The notes below the pieces were generated by a model. That model was not told where the DNA came from and searched no databases. It was given only the letters and a program-made list of their open reading frames with translations. A DNA stretch of 64,000 nt, from assembly GCA_000004985.1 (NCBI GenBank), contig GG738906.1. One strand, 5' to 3'. Position 1 is the first letter of the stretch. Every line of letters starts with the position of its first letter. Made by a program: the position numbers and the translations under genes. Source of the DNA: Naegleria gruberi. Lineage: Eukaryota. Shown here one piece after another: positions 20,817 to 31,634 of this stretch.

Positions 20817-23800
20817 ATGGCTGAAGAAGATTTTATACAATCACTTTCTGTTGGAATTAGAAGAGCAAAATCAGATGAAGCACCCAACATACAAAAATAT
20901 ATTAGTGAGAACAGCTTTCTTCTAACAAAACGTTTCGGAAATTACAATCTAAAAACAATAATTGAGACTGGCTACATTTCTATTGTGGCTGAAGGTGATC
21001 AAGGACAATATCAAGGATTTGCATCATTCGAATTTGAGCCATCAGATACATTAGATGTGGAGAAGTACTTTTCCTATCTTCCTCTGAATGTTCGGAATAC
21101 AATTTGGATTAGACTTGTTCATTTTGAACCCCTCTTTGGAGAGACAGTTTTAATTGAAATGCTAAATTCAATTTTTATTACTTTCTCTGAAGTTGACAAT
21201 ATTTGTTTTCAACCAGTAAGATCAAACGTTCAAAGTGGTATTGATTTCTTCTCTCAATTCTCCTTCTTCAAACAAGAAATTGGATCAGATGTCCTTGTCA
21301 AGTCTGACACTGAAAAATGTATTTTTGTTTGCCACAGAGACAATCTAGGTCGTGGAGTTAAGCGTTTGTCAATAAGACAAGCAGTTGTTGAGGATAATGA
21401 CGATATAATTCCTCTATTATCAAGTTGTGAGAATGTAACCTCCTACAAAACAGAGGGCGAGTACTTTTTGGCTAATCTCTTGTTTGAACAAAATGATTCT
21501 AAAAAGATTCTTCTAGCTACTGATACAGAGAGTGGAGACATAGTAGGTGTCATGTACATTACAACTGAGTTGGATATTAGGCAAATTCTCTCGGATTACA
21601 AGACTTATAATGAAGGAGAACCAATATATGAGGATTTTATAGTTGAAAAACAAATTGGTGACAATATGGTCTACCATTCAAATGCCTTTGAAATTAAGCT
21701 CTTCTACATTCAAGAGGAGTACAAGTTTAGAAGTATTGATTTATTGAGAGCTGCATTCAAGGCATTCCAAGAATCTAAATATTGCATTGTGGGAATCAAA
21801 TTTGAGGACCATTCCAAATCTGAACATCCTCTTTTAAAACAATTCATCTATATTGAACCAACTCAAGAATGTTCTAGCCATTCACTTCATATTCTTTCTC
21901 AAGTATCCATGGTTGCAGACTTTTTCGTTGTAAAGGCCACAGAAACAACACTGGACAAAAATTCATCACCACAAGAGACTATTCTGAGCTTATTGAGACA
22001 GGCAGAATTTCATGAAGAGTTTATTGGTGCAGTAGCCAAAAGTTTTAAAGGAACAAGATATGTAACCATGTTACTGTTTGATAGTAACTCAGCAGTGGAA
22101 GGAAGAAATGAAATTATTGGTATTGCAGTGGTGGACACCCAAGTTAATGAATTTCTGCTTCGTAGACACTTTGATTTTACAGAATACATTGATTATTCAG
22201 CATATAGCTCAAGAGGAACATGTCAAGCAATGATAACACATTTTTATATTGAGCAAAAGTTTTACAGATACTCCAAATTGTTTTTGAAGGAAGTTATGAG
22301 AAAATTAGAAAAACATATTCTCTACTATGGCTGCTACAGAGGTGAAATTCCAAACGATAGTCTTAACAAGGAACTCATTTACTTGAAATCGACCAGACAA
22401 ATAGAGTTTCCAGGAGCCTTAAATGAGAGTAGTAGTGGAAGAAATTCTTCATTATCTGACAATGATTCCGTTATCTCTGGAGCTACTGTTTCTAGCGGAG
22501 GTGGATCGAGAGTTTTAACGAATGTACAATACGATTCTCTCTACTTTATTAATAGAAGATATTTGAGTGAAGAAAAAACTGAAATATTTTCCAGAATTGT
22601 GGTTATAGGTGGTTCAAAAACTGCACTGAGTTTTATTAAGGAACTTTCTGCCAACTCTTCTCTTTTCTTTAACAATATTATTGTCGTATCTCCTGAAGGT
22701 GATGTTACCAAGAGCCCTGAATTTTATGCCGATGATACGGATGAAGAATTCAACAACAGAGAATTGCTTAATATGATCTCTCTACCAAACATTTACTTTG
22801 TGAAAGATAAACTTGAAGATATAGAAAGAGTCAACAAGAGTGTCCTCTTATACGAAAATCAATCCAGCTTCATTACGTATGATATTTTATTATTATGTAC
22901 AAGCAGACAGTACAAGATGAAACCAAAATATTTAGAACTGGTTGGATATCCCAAGAAAGGCATTCTCAATTTGAACCCAAGAGTACCTGTAAATGAAACA
23001 GGAGAAGAAATTGATCTAACCGAATATTTTGAAATGTATTTACATGAAAATGATAGTGAAGAAAGAAGTGATAGTTCTTATATTGTAGTATATGGTTCCT
23101 CCTTAGATGCATTGTGTACCGTTAATACTTTATTGAACAGATTTAATGTTGAGCCATCAAAATTATTACTCATTTTCCCTGATGGAAAGAAATGTATTTT
23201 TAACGAGAATGAAGAAATTGAAGATAGATTGGACCATATTTTAGAAGTGGCCGGCCTAAAATACTTTTCTCAATATACATTGGAAGATTTTGCCTCTGAT
23301 GAAGAGGGAAATCTAGTGAGAATTTACCTCTCACCAAATGAGGAAAAGGAAGAGAAGAAAAAACATGCCAAGATGGTTGAAATTGATTGCTCCTTATTTA
23401 TAAATTGCCACAGTAAGGATGTTGATGACGGTATTTTATCAACTGTAAACAGACAGTCCCTAGTGTTTGACGGTAGATTAATTGTGGATACACAATTCAG
23501 AACTACTGATACAAGTATTTACTCTGCAGGGCCTATGGCCAAGTTTTCAAGAAGGTTTGGAGAATCGAGAATGATGGAAGCTTTCAACTCGTCTGAAGTT
23601 GGATCAAAAGTAGCACAGTCGGTACTTTCAGCTCTTGGAGTAGCTGAAGATCCATTAACAGGATCTATGCCAACATTTGTAAAGAACACATCAATTAGGT
23701 GTGTTCTTCCAGGGGGTGTAAGATTTTTCAGATGTATGAATTCTCAATTCGATGTTGAAAAATGTGTTAAATATCAAACAAATAACGTTTTAGGACCTCG

Positions 23801-24320
23801 TACAATTAATGACATCATAGAGCCTTTTAGATATACAGGATTGTATGTCAACAAACAAACAAATTGTATTGACTGTATTTGTTATCTTGGTCAGGAGCAA
23901 GTTGAAGAAGGAAACTTGGCAAGCTTGGTAGGTTTGCCATTATCCTATTTCAATGATTTAGTGCCAAGGTACAAGGATGGATTTATTTATGATTTCATAG
24001 CATTTTTGAGAGAAAATTGGGTTATGGCCATTCTTTGTCATAAGTTTATTTCTTTCAAGAATGAAACTAAAAAGAAACTTTTAAATGAGGAGGATAATAT
24101 TGGTAATATTAATGAAGTTTGTAATGAAATTGCAGAGCTAATATTGCATGGTGAATCAGAAATTTTCACTGTTGATCCAACCAAAACTATTAAAGTTGAG
24201 AAGGAAGTTACCAGAGATGCCAAAATATTTGTCCAATCTGAGCTGATAGATTTCCTTACTGTACACCAAGAAGTTTTACACTCAATACCAGGAGTTTATT
24301 TTGTACCAAAAAAACAATAG
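20817..24320 (+). CDS. CFAP61: Cilia- and flagella-associated protein 61 (CFAP61) homolog, single exon, 1167 aa
   Basis: LSIRQAVVEDNDDIIPLLSSCENVTSYKTEGEYFLANLL matches recalled human CFAP61 (VRKARVEDHDDLMPIF..TYGEYFLAELI). Downstream Rossmann-like VVIGGSKTALSFIKEL is typical of the family's dinucleotide-binding-like domain. Confidence 0.65.
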   Translation: MAEEDFIQSLSVGIRRAKSDEAPNIQKYISENSFLLTKRFGNYNLKTIIETGYISIVAEGDQGQYQGFASFEFEPSDTLDVEKYFSYLPLNVRNTIWIRLVHFEPLFGETVLIEMLNSIFITFSEVDNICFQPVRSNVQSGIDFFSQFSFFKQEIGSDVLVKSDTEKCIFVCHRDNLGRGVKRLSIRQAVVEDNDDIIPLLSSCENVTSYKTEGEYFLANLLFEQNDSKKILLATDTESGDIVGVMYITTELDIRQILSDYKTYNEGEPIYEDFIVEKQIGDNMVYHSNAFEIKLFYIQEEYKFRSIDLLRAAFKAFQESKYCIVGIKFEDHSKSEHPLLKQFIYIEPTQECSSHSLHILSQVSMVADFFVVKATETTLDKNSSPQETILSLLRQAEFHEEFIGAVAKSFKGTRYVTMLLFDSNSAVEGRNEIIGIAVVDTQVNEFLLRRHFDFTEYIDYSAYSSRGTCQAMITHFYIEQKFYRYSKLFLKEVMRKLEKHILYYGCYRGEIPNDSLNKELIYLKSTRQIEFPGALNESSSGRNSSLSDNDSVISGATVSSGGGSRVLTNVQYDSLYFINRRYLSEEKTEIFSRIVVIGGSKTALSFIKELSANSSLFFNNIIVVSPEGDVTKSPEFYADDTDEEFNNRELLNMISLPNIYFVKDKLEDIERVNKSVLLYENQSSFITYDILLLCTSRQYKMKPKYLELVGYPKKGILNLNPRVPVNETGEEIDLTEYFEMYLHENDSEERSDSSYIVVYGSSLDALCTVNTLLNRFNVEPSKLLLIFPDGKKCIFNENEEIEDRLDHILEVAGLKYFSQYTLEDFASDEEGNLVRIYLSPNEEKEEKKKHAKMVEIDCSLFINCHSKDVDDGILSTVNRQSLVFDGRLIVDTQFRTTDTSIYSAGPMAKFSRRFGESRMMEAFNSSEVGSKVAQSVLSALGVAEDPLTGSMPTFVKNTSIRCVLPGGVRFFRCMNSQFDVEKCVKYQTNNVLGPRTINDIIEPFRYTGLYVNKQTNCIDCICYLGQEQVEEGNLASLVGLPLSYFNDLVPRYKDGFIYDFIAFLRENWVMAILCHKFISFKNETKKKLLNEEDNIGNINEVCNEIAELILHGESEIFTVDPTKTIKVEKEVTRDAKIFVQSELIDFLTVHQEVLHSIPGVYFVPKKQ

Positions 24321-24521
24321 ATTTGTCATTTTTCAATTTATTATTCTACTGTCAGAAAATCAAGTCCATAAAGCATTCATATATAGCTTGCTCTGCTGAT
24401 CCAAAAGTGATGAAAACTATTCTCCAATTTATGGAATGAATAGGTGAATTTTCATCTTCATACTCTTTAATAATAAAATCTCTAGTTTGAATTCTCATTT
24501 ACATATTATGAAACAAAAAAC

Positions 24522-25271
24522 TCACCTTACAGTACCAAGAGCAATAGCACTTGCTTCTATTTTGGGATAACCGAACTTGCCTGTTGAGATACACGGTAGA
24601 ATTAGTGTGGATGCTTTAGTATTACGTGCATTATCAATGAAAAATCTCAAACTATTTCTATAACAATTTGCAAGAAGTAAGCTATTGGTAGCATCACCAT
24701 ATTTCTGTGATCCTCTAGGTCCAGAGGTGTGAATTATATAGTTAAAGCCATTTGATTCCTGCATTTTGAAAGAGCTTGTAACAAGTATTTCTCCCACAGG
24801 ACAATGAATTTCCTTTTCATTTACTTCAAATGATTTATATTTCCATTGAGAGGGATCAGCAAGACTATTTTCCATTTCACACCTTCCACAACATTGAAAT
24901 ATTACTGAAGCTAAACCTCCTCCAATAACCAGGGCTTCGTTTGATGGATTTACAAGGCTAACTACCATTTCTTTTGTATAGTTTTTTAAATGTGTAATAT
25001 TTCCTGAATAGAGAATTAAATTACAACTCCAAAGATCATTCCAATTTATATTACCAATTGTTGTTGAGTATTGTTTACAATAATCCAAATTTAATGAGGA
25101 CAACAATTCTTCAAGTGATGATCCATGCTCCGAAGTGAAATTAGAATCAAAAGCAATTTCTAATCGTGAGTTATACATTTGTGGTTGAATGGTTTTTAAA
25201 ACTTGGACAAGCTTTTTACGATCACTCCATGATTCTAATTGCATCAAATCTTGGTACCAACTTTCATCCAT
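24522..25271 (-). CDS. Macro-domain protein (MacroD/Appr-1''-pase-like ADP-ribose binding/hydrolase) with ~100-aa N-terminal extension
   Basis: LVNPSNEALVIGGGLASVI...IHTSGP...LANCYRNSLRFFIDNARNTKASTLILPCISTGKFGYP matches macro-domain motifs (NAAN..LLGGGGV...; IAFPCISTGIYGFP). Confidence 0.65.
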   Translation of the reverse strand: MDESWYQDLMQLESWSDRKKLVQVLKTIQPQMYNSRLEIAFDSNFTSEHGSSLEELLSSLNLDYCKQYSTTIGNINWNDLWSCNLILYSGNITHLKNYTKEMVVSLVNPSNEALVIGGGLASVIFQCCGRCEMENSLADPSQWKYKSFEVNEKEIHCPVGEILVTSSFKMQESNGFNYIIHTSGPRGSQKYGDATNSLLLANCYRNSLRFFIDNARNTKASTLILPCISTGKFGYPKIEASAIALGTVR

Positions 25272-25324
25272 TTTTTTAAATTAAAAATAGATTTAAAACT
25301 TTGGAAAATTTCTAAAAAGAAAAA
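25272..25324. promoter_or_regulatory. Putative ultra-compact bidirectional promoter between divergent macro-domain and TPR-MYND genes
   Basis: Only ~53 bp separate the two divergently oriented start codons. The region is A/T-rich (tttttttaaattaaaaatagatttaaaactttgg...). Confidence 0.35.
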
Positions 25325-28101
25325 ATGTTAAACTTCCATCCTGATTTTCCTCCCCAGAACATTTGTTGTGACTGTGGTTGCCACACTTGTGATAATGATG
25401 GATCGTGTAATAATCCTTCAGTGCCATTAATATTTGAAACTTGTAATCAAAATTTAAATCAATTGTGGAAATCTTCTCATTTGAATATTTATTCTCCCTC
25501 TGATGTTTGTTTTGGAGCATACAACCCTGTCATGGATCTCTTTAGACTTCTCCAAAAATTTAATCCAAACTTTCCAAAGAAATTTTGTTTTGATGAGCAG
25601 GAATGTAAATCAATTATTGAAGCCTTCTATTCCACTCCTGATGATTTAGACTCATCTTTTTTATATGATGTTCTGATTGGTGAAAGATCAAAAACATCAT
25701 CACCAATCCCGATACTTTACACTGCATACAGTAATGGTCCTCAGTGTGATAATGTCGATCAGTTTGAAACCTATTGCTTTAGGACAAAAGAGGATTTCAA
25801 AGCTGCAGTAAAGGCTCATAAAATTTATGAAGATGATCAAATGGATATTCAAAGTAGAAATTCCAAAACAGCCATTGATAAACAATTACAAAAGAAATTA
25901 ATTCAACAAGCAGAGAAAGTATTAGAAATTTCTCCAAATTGTTTGGAAGCCTATAATGCCTTGGCACTTTATAAAGCAACAAGTTTTGAGGAAGCTTTGG
26001 AGTATTACAAAACTGCACAGAGTAAACTGCAACAACATTATAGTGATACGGCCCATGAAAATAGAGAAAAATTTGAAAAATCAAACAAACATCAATTGTA
26101 CTACATTTTGGAATGGAGACAATACATGAGAGCATTGGTAGGGGAAGCAAACTGTCTTCGAAAGCTTGGAAGGTATGAGGAAGCCCTAAAGTGCTATCGA
26201 AAATGTGAACAATTAGATTCAGAGCCTCATGAAATTCGGCATGACTCTATCTCATATGTAAATTATTTATACCATATTCCAGAGTGTTTGATTAGGTTGG
26301 GTAAATTCAAAGAAGCACTAGATTTTTTAAAAAGTAATAGAGAATTATTAGCTCTTCCATCATCAAAAATCTTACTATGGAGTTTTGCTTTATGTGAGTT
26401 TGTAGTATCTAAATTACCAAGAGATTTTAATAGTATTGAGAAGTATGTCATTCCAGAATGTTATGATGAAGAACATGTATACTCAAATGCAATAGTTCCT
26501 GCTGCACTAGTTTCACCTCTTTTTTACGAATATCTGATAGGAATTAGAAAATTGTCTAACATTAGGCTTTCAAAAACGTTTAGAAAGAATAGTAATGACA
26601 AGCTAGTTTCAGAAAATTCACAAATTCAATACTGTGTCGATTATTTAGATATATGGTTAAATATTCCAGGAGCTCTAGATTGGGCCATCACAAATTGTAA
26701 CACAATTTATGCACAAATGTGCCTCTCTAAAACAGAAAAAGAATTGAGTCGAAAATATTACTATCCTAATGATCCATACAAGAATTTGGCGTTATATTCG
26801 AATGGATTTTTTGTAAACTCTACACAGCCAATGACGGGTAGGCAACTCATTCACACAGCAATAGATAATAACGATAGAGAAACTATTAGCTTTTTGATTT
26901 CTAAAAAAGCGGTTATTGTCTCCAAAGAAATCAACTCTAGTCTCAATCCTCTCTATTATGTATGTGAAAGAGATAAGGAACAGATTTTACAATTTTTACT
27001 TTCTAGTAGTTCTTTCATTAGGATTGAATTGTATCCAAAGGCTTTTGAAATCTGTTCCTATCTTGGTCATTGGAAATGTTTAAAGATTTTATTTTGCGAA
27101 ATTTTGAAAAGAAAAACTATTGATAATCTTTTGCTGGAAACATGTGTAGAGGCTATTGTAAACTCTACCTCGTTTGGTTGTATTGGTAATTCATGTAAAT
27201 ATTGTAAATCTGTGAAGGGATTCCAACATTCTCTTAACACCAATTATGTCAATTGCTTGGATATAATATTAATGTTTGGATGTAAAATTGAAAAAGAATG
27301 TATTCAAAAATTAGAGGATAAAAAGAAGAAGACTCTCTCAGATCGAGTTAACCAAATTCAAAAAAGACAAGTAGTTTTAAATCCTACAAAATATGGAATT
27401 ACTGATACAAAAGTTCTTAATTCTTTGAAAGAGATTAACCCATATCAAAAGCTTACTTTAGTCAACCAGCATTCGGCTCAAACAGCAGAAGAACTTAAAG
27501 ATGTTGGAAACCAAGAATTTCAAAAAGGAAAATTTATGGAAGCACTCAAATACTACAAACAAGCCCTTGAAAAGAGTGATCATGTCAAGATTACACATAT
27601 ACTACACTCCAATATAGCTCAATGTTATATTAATTTAAGGCAATTTGAATTAGCTTTGGAACATTCAGAGAAGGGAATTTCTGTTGATCCAACTTTTGTA
27701 AAATGTTTTTATAGAAAAGCATTAGCTCTAGATGGTCTTTCTAGAAAGAATGAAGCCTTAGAAGCAATAGAGGTAAGTTATGTTTATTGAATGGCAGACT
27801 CGATAATACTTTTATTGCACAGATGGCACTAACTAAAGAACCAACTAATGAATCATTCCAAAAATTGAAAGAAAAAATCAAGAAGGATCTTGTTAATCAA
27901 GATAAAGAGGAAAGACTCTGCAAACATTGTGGAGGAAAACGAATTCCACGTGTCTGTGCATACTGTGGTAAGGAGGCCAAGAAGAAGTGTTTTGGATGTA
28001 AAGAAGTAAGATATTGTGACCTGGGTTGTCAAAAACATGATTGGGAAAATCATAAATCTGCTTGTAAATGGGCAGAAATGCATAAGAATGCCAAAAAGTA
28101 A
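25325..28101 (+). CDS. TPR-repeat protein with C-terminal MYND zinc finger; 2 exons (~25325..27771, ~27813..28101)
   Basis: C-terminal TPRs (AEELKDVGNQEFQKGKFMEALKYYKQALE..). A ~41-nt GTAAGT..GCACAG intron joins ..EAIE to MALTKEP...CKHCGGKRIPRVCAYCGKEAKKKCFGCKEVRYCDLGCQKHDWENHKSAC, a MYND finger with the C-x2-C...C-x2-C...H-x3-C pattern. Confidence 0.6.
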
Positions 28102-28214
28102 ATCCTCTTGATTGTTGACGGGAATGCTATCAAATGTGATACATTTTTAAAAAAAATCTAAACAATTAAAAACAATATCTGGATATTTTTTATGAGCTTT
28201 TTTCATCATAAAAC

Positions 28215-29507
28215 ATGAATTATTCCGTTCGTTTGTTATTCTCGAAATCCATCAATTTTATTCGGAATAGACACTACTCTGTTTTGGCTTTTTTAATTTT
28301 TACCATCCTACAGACGATCACAATAATTGCTGTGATGATTGCAAATATGATTTATAATTCTCTTGATGAGGAGCCTTCAGTAGCAGTTTATTTTCTATCC
28401 GTTATTGCAATATTGGCCATGCTGTGTATGTGTTATTTTGCTGTGGATGCAATTGTAAATGAAAACAAAATGATGATATATTCGTATATTTTAATAAGCT
28501 TATTTCTAATGGGAAGACTCTTATATGGATTAGCGTTTGGGGGAGAAGCAGAAGAATTATTAACCCTTGTCCCTAGCTTGTTAATTTGTTTTTTTGAAGG
28601 TAGGTCATTATTATTAAGGGTATATCCACATTAACCCATTACTATAAGTTTGTCAAGTTGTTTTATCAGTGCCAGTTGTAAAAAGTTTTGGATGGAAATT
28701 ATATAGAAAAATTGGATCTGGAAAACTGTTGCATGAATTATATAACACTTACCATATTTTTGTTGCAATACTGAAAATTGATTTTGTCTTTACACTTATT
28801 GTTGGATTATTGGGATTTTTCTTCGTAGTTTTTGATTATTGGTGGGTTTACTTATTATTTGCCACCGGAATATTGTGCTCTCTTTGTAAGTTTTCACAAT
28901 TTTTCAATAGGTGTGATAATTGAAATTGAAAGTGAGTTCACCACTTGTTATTTATTTTGGAATTCGAAGAGAAAATAAGCTCATTTGCTCCATATTTGTC
29001 TGTATTTGTTTGTTGGTACCATTATTCTTAATTTACAAAATTACCATCCTGTGGCTGCCTTCCTCACATGAAATTGTGGCTGAATGGGGAGGATCTTCGA
29101 TGTCTCAATTTGAAATCAAGATTGGCTTGACCTTACTCTCTTCCCTTGCCTTTATTGTAAAAATAATTTTGATTTGTGTAACTGTGGTGTGTATGAAAAA
29201 TTTTGGCAAAGGTCTTGCAGAAACATTTAGAAATACCCAATCACTTGTTTTGCAAAAATCAACCATACAACCCACCTCAGCTCCATACTATAGTGATACT
29301 ATTTCAGTAACTTCTAATGCTCTTTTTGCAGTAACATCTTCTGGTGATATTGTTATTAATGATGGCAGAAAGCAAATGGTTTCAGTTTCATTGACAAGAT
29401 CAATTTCAGACGATTCTGGGTTTTTGGGCTCGTCTAGCCATAACTATTCATCTGGAGACGAAGAAGAAATAATTCCAATTAATAGACCAAAGCAATCTAA
29501 ATATTAA
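28215..29507 (+). CDS. Multi-pass membrane protein of unknown family; ~3 exons (28215..~28600, ~28669..~28890, ~28940..29507)
   Basis: Several hydrophobic helices (FLIFTILQTITIIAVMIA; VYFLSVIAILAMLCMCYFAV; FVFTLIVGLLGFFFVVF; LICSIFVCICLLVPLFLIY). Ser-rich C-terminal tail. GTAGGT/GTAAGT donors after exons 1 and 2. Confidence 0.45.
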
Positions 29508-30005
29508 TTATTGAACCCAATGCACATCAGTATTGTAACACCACCATTCTTCTATTAGGTTATTTTGCATCTTGCATTACAATTTATCTGTTATTTGATT
29601 ATTGCCGAGAATGAAATAACAGACTAAAACAAAATGTACATTCAAAATATACAAACAAGCACAAACAATCCTCTAAGACTAGTCAACAGAGAAACGATCA
29701 GAAGGATTCAGTGTTTTTGCCACACGACCAGTAGGGAAGAATTTCGAAAATAGCGGCAAACAGGAATCAGAACACAACCATTCGAAAAGGTTCTTTAATG
29801 CCCATCTCCAACACGTTATGGAAATACTGTTAGCTCAAAAAAATCAAATTGTACAAAGGATACTACATATGCAAAACCATCAGCAAGAATTCACAAATTT
29901 AATTTACAATAACAAATCATTTTTAAAAATAACCATACAATTTGCACATCAACACATTTCTACCGCCAAAATTGTTTACGATTTCGGTTTTTAAATTTAA
30001 AAAAA

Positions 30006-31622
30006 ATGCCATTATCATCAACATCAGACTCCAGTCCCACTCCTGTGGCAGAACACGATGATGAAGAATTGAACACTGATTCTCTTAAGAAGACTCAAAA
30101 GAAGAATGTAAATACAGTAAAGAAGGTTAAAAATATGTCGGATGGTGCTCTTTCAAAACAACGATTCACTATTGACAAAATTAAAAAGGACAATGATCTC
30201 TTGAGAGAAACAATTGCCAACCTTACACGTAATGTGAATACTAGTGAGAGTGTAGCTCTAGGAAAGAAAATTAACAAACTCAACGATGTTATTTATAATA
30301 TTACTTTAAAAATTCAGGAAGAAAAACGAAAGGTTGAAAATCTAGAGGAGCACTTTAAGGACACTTCAAACAGAATTGAAGAAGCGAGAATAGAAAGATC
30401 TGGAGTAAATGTCTCTAAAGAAAGTAATAGATTAGTTGAAAAACAAATCAAAGTCCTAGAAAATAGACTTGATAAAGCCCTTGTAAAGTTTAATGAGTCA
30501 CTAACTGAGAATAAGGTATTACGTGATCAAATTGAAAACTTAAGAAAAGAAAGAGTAGTATTCGATAGTATTTATAAAAAGATGGAAAAGGAACTCCAAG
30601 AGAAAAAGAAGGAAATGGCTAAAATCATTGAATTATCTAATTCAGCATATGAAGAAAGAGGGCAAGCACTCGAGGAGCAAAAGCAAGTCAAGGATGAACA
30701 CCAAAAAGAAATTGAGAAAATTGAGGAAGAACGAGAACAACTTGATAGACTTTTGAAAGAAGCAGAAAAAGTTACAGAAAAGCTTCAACAAAGAGAATTG
30801 GAAAGAAGAGAGAGGGAAATTCAAGAAGCTGCTGATCTTGACAGAAAGAGAATGCTCAAATCTAGTTGGTCTAATTCAGGAGTCAAGGCCAGAGCAACTG
30901 ATATGAATGAAAAAAGAAAGCAATACGAAGAAAGATTTTCCAAAATTGAAGAAGCAACAGGGAAAAATATCGATGAACTTATTGAACACTTCTCTCAATC
31001 TGAAGATCAAAACTTCTCCCTCTTTACCTATGTAAATGAACTTAACAGTGAAATTGAAAAACTTGAGGAAAATATTGTTGAGATTGAAGAAGAAATTAAG
31101 AAATTCAAAGGAGAGGGAGTCAATTCAGAATCTCAAAGAAAGAAGGTTCTTTCAGATATTCAAGAAAAAATCAATGAAACAAACAGCAAAACTGATCTGT
31201 ACCAAAGAAAGTACGAAAATTCTCTCAAAACATTGGAAATTATTTCAAGAGGTATTGAAACAATATTCAACAAATTGGGATGTGACCCATCGTCTATTTC
31301 AGACATGCTTGGTACAACTGGTGTAACTGAATCAAACATGATGATTTACTTGGGCTTTATTGAACAACGTACTAATGAAATTGTTCAAATGAGTGTCACA
31401 ACAAAGAAAAGTGAAGGTAAGAAGGATGACAATGCTGTTTCAGGACCAAAACATCCGGTTGGATTTACTGAAACCCTCTCCATAGAACCTCCTTCGACAG
31501 CTAATGACGGTCTTTCAGATGATGATGATGATGATGAAGAAGAAAGACCATTTACAAGAGAAGAATTGATGCAAAAGGCAAAGAAAAGTACCCTCAGCAA
31601 GAAACCTAAGAAGAAGAAATAA
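30006..31622 (+). CDS. Coiled-coil protein (538 aa), axonemal docking-complex-like (CCDC63/114/151-type) candidate; acidic poly-D then Lys-rich tail
   Basis: Continuous heptad-rich sequence, no enzymatic motif. DDDDDDEEE then KKPKKKK at the C-terminus. Family assignment is weak and based on length and architecture only. Confidence 0.4.
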   Translation: MPLSSTSDSSPTPVAEHDDEELNTDSLKKTQKKNVNTVKKVKNMSDGALSKQRFTIDKIKKDNDLLRETIANLTRNVNTSESVALGKKINKLNDVIYNITLKIQEEKRKVENLEEHFKDTSNRIEEARIERSGVNVSKESNRLVEKQIKVLENRLDKALVKFNESLTENKVLRDQIENLRKERVVFDSIYKKMEKELQEKKKEMAKIIELSNSAYEERGQALEEQKQVKDEHQKEIEKIEEEREQLDRLLKEAEKVTEKLQQRELERREREIQEAADLDRKRMLKSSWSNSGVKARATDMNEKRKQYEERFSKIEEATGKNIDELIEHFSQSEDQNFSLFTYVNELNSEIEKLEENIVEIEEEIKKFKGEGVNSESQRKKVLSDIQEKINETNSKTDLYQRKYENSLKTLEIISRGIETIFNKLGCDPSSISDMLGTTGVTESNMMIYLGFIEQRTNEIVQMSVTTKKSEGKKDDNAVSGPKHPVGFTETLSIEPPSTANDGLSDDDDDDEEERPFTREELMQKAKKSTLSKKPKKKK

Positions 31623-31634
31623 ACCCATTGTAAA

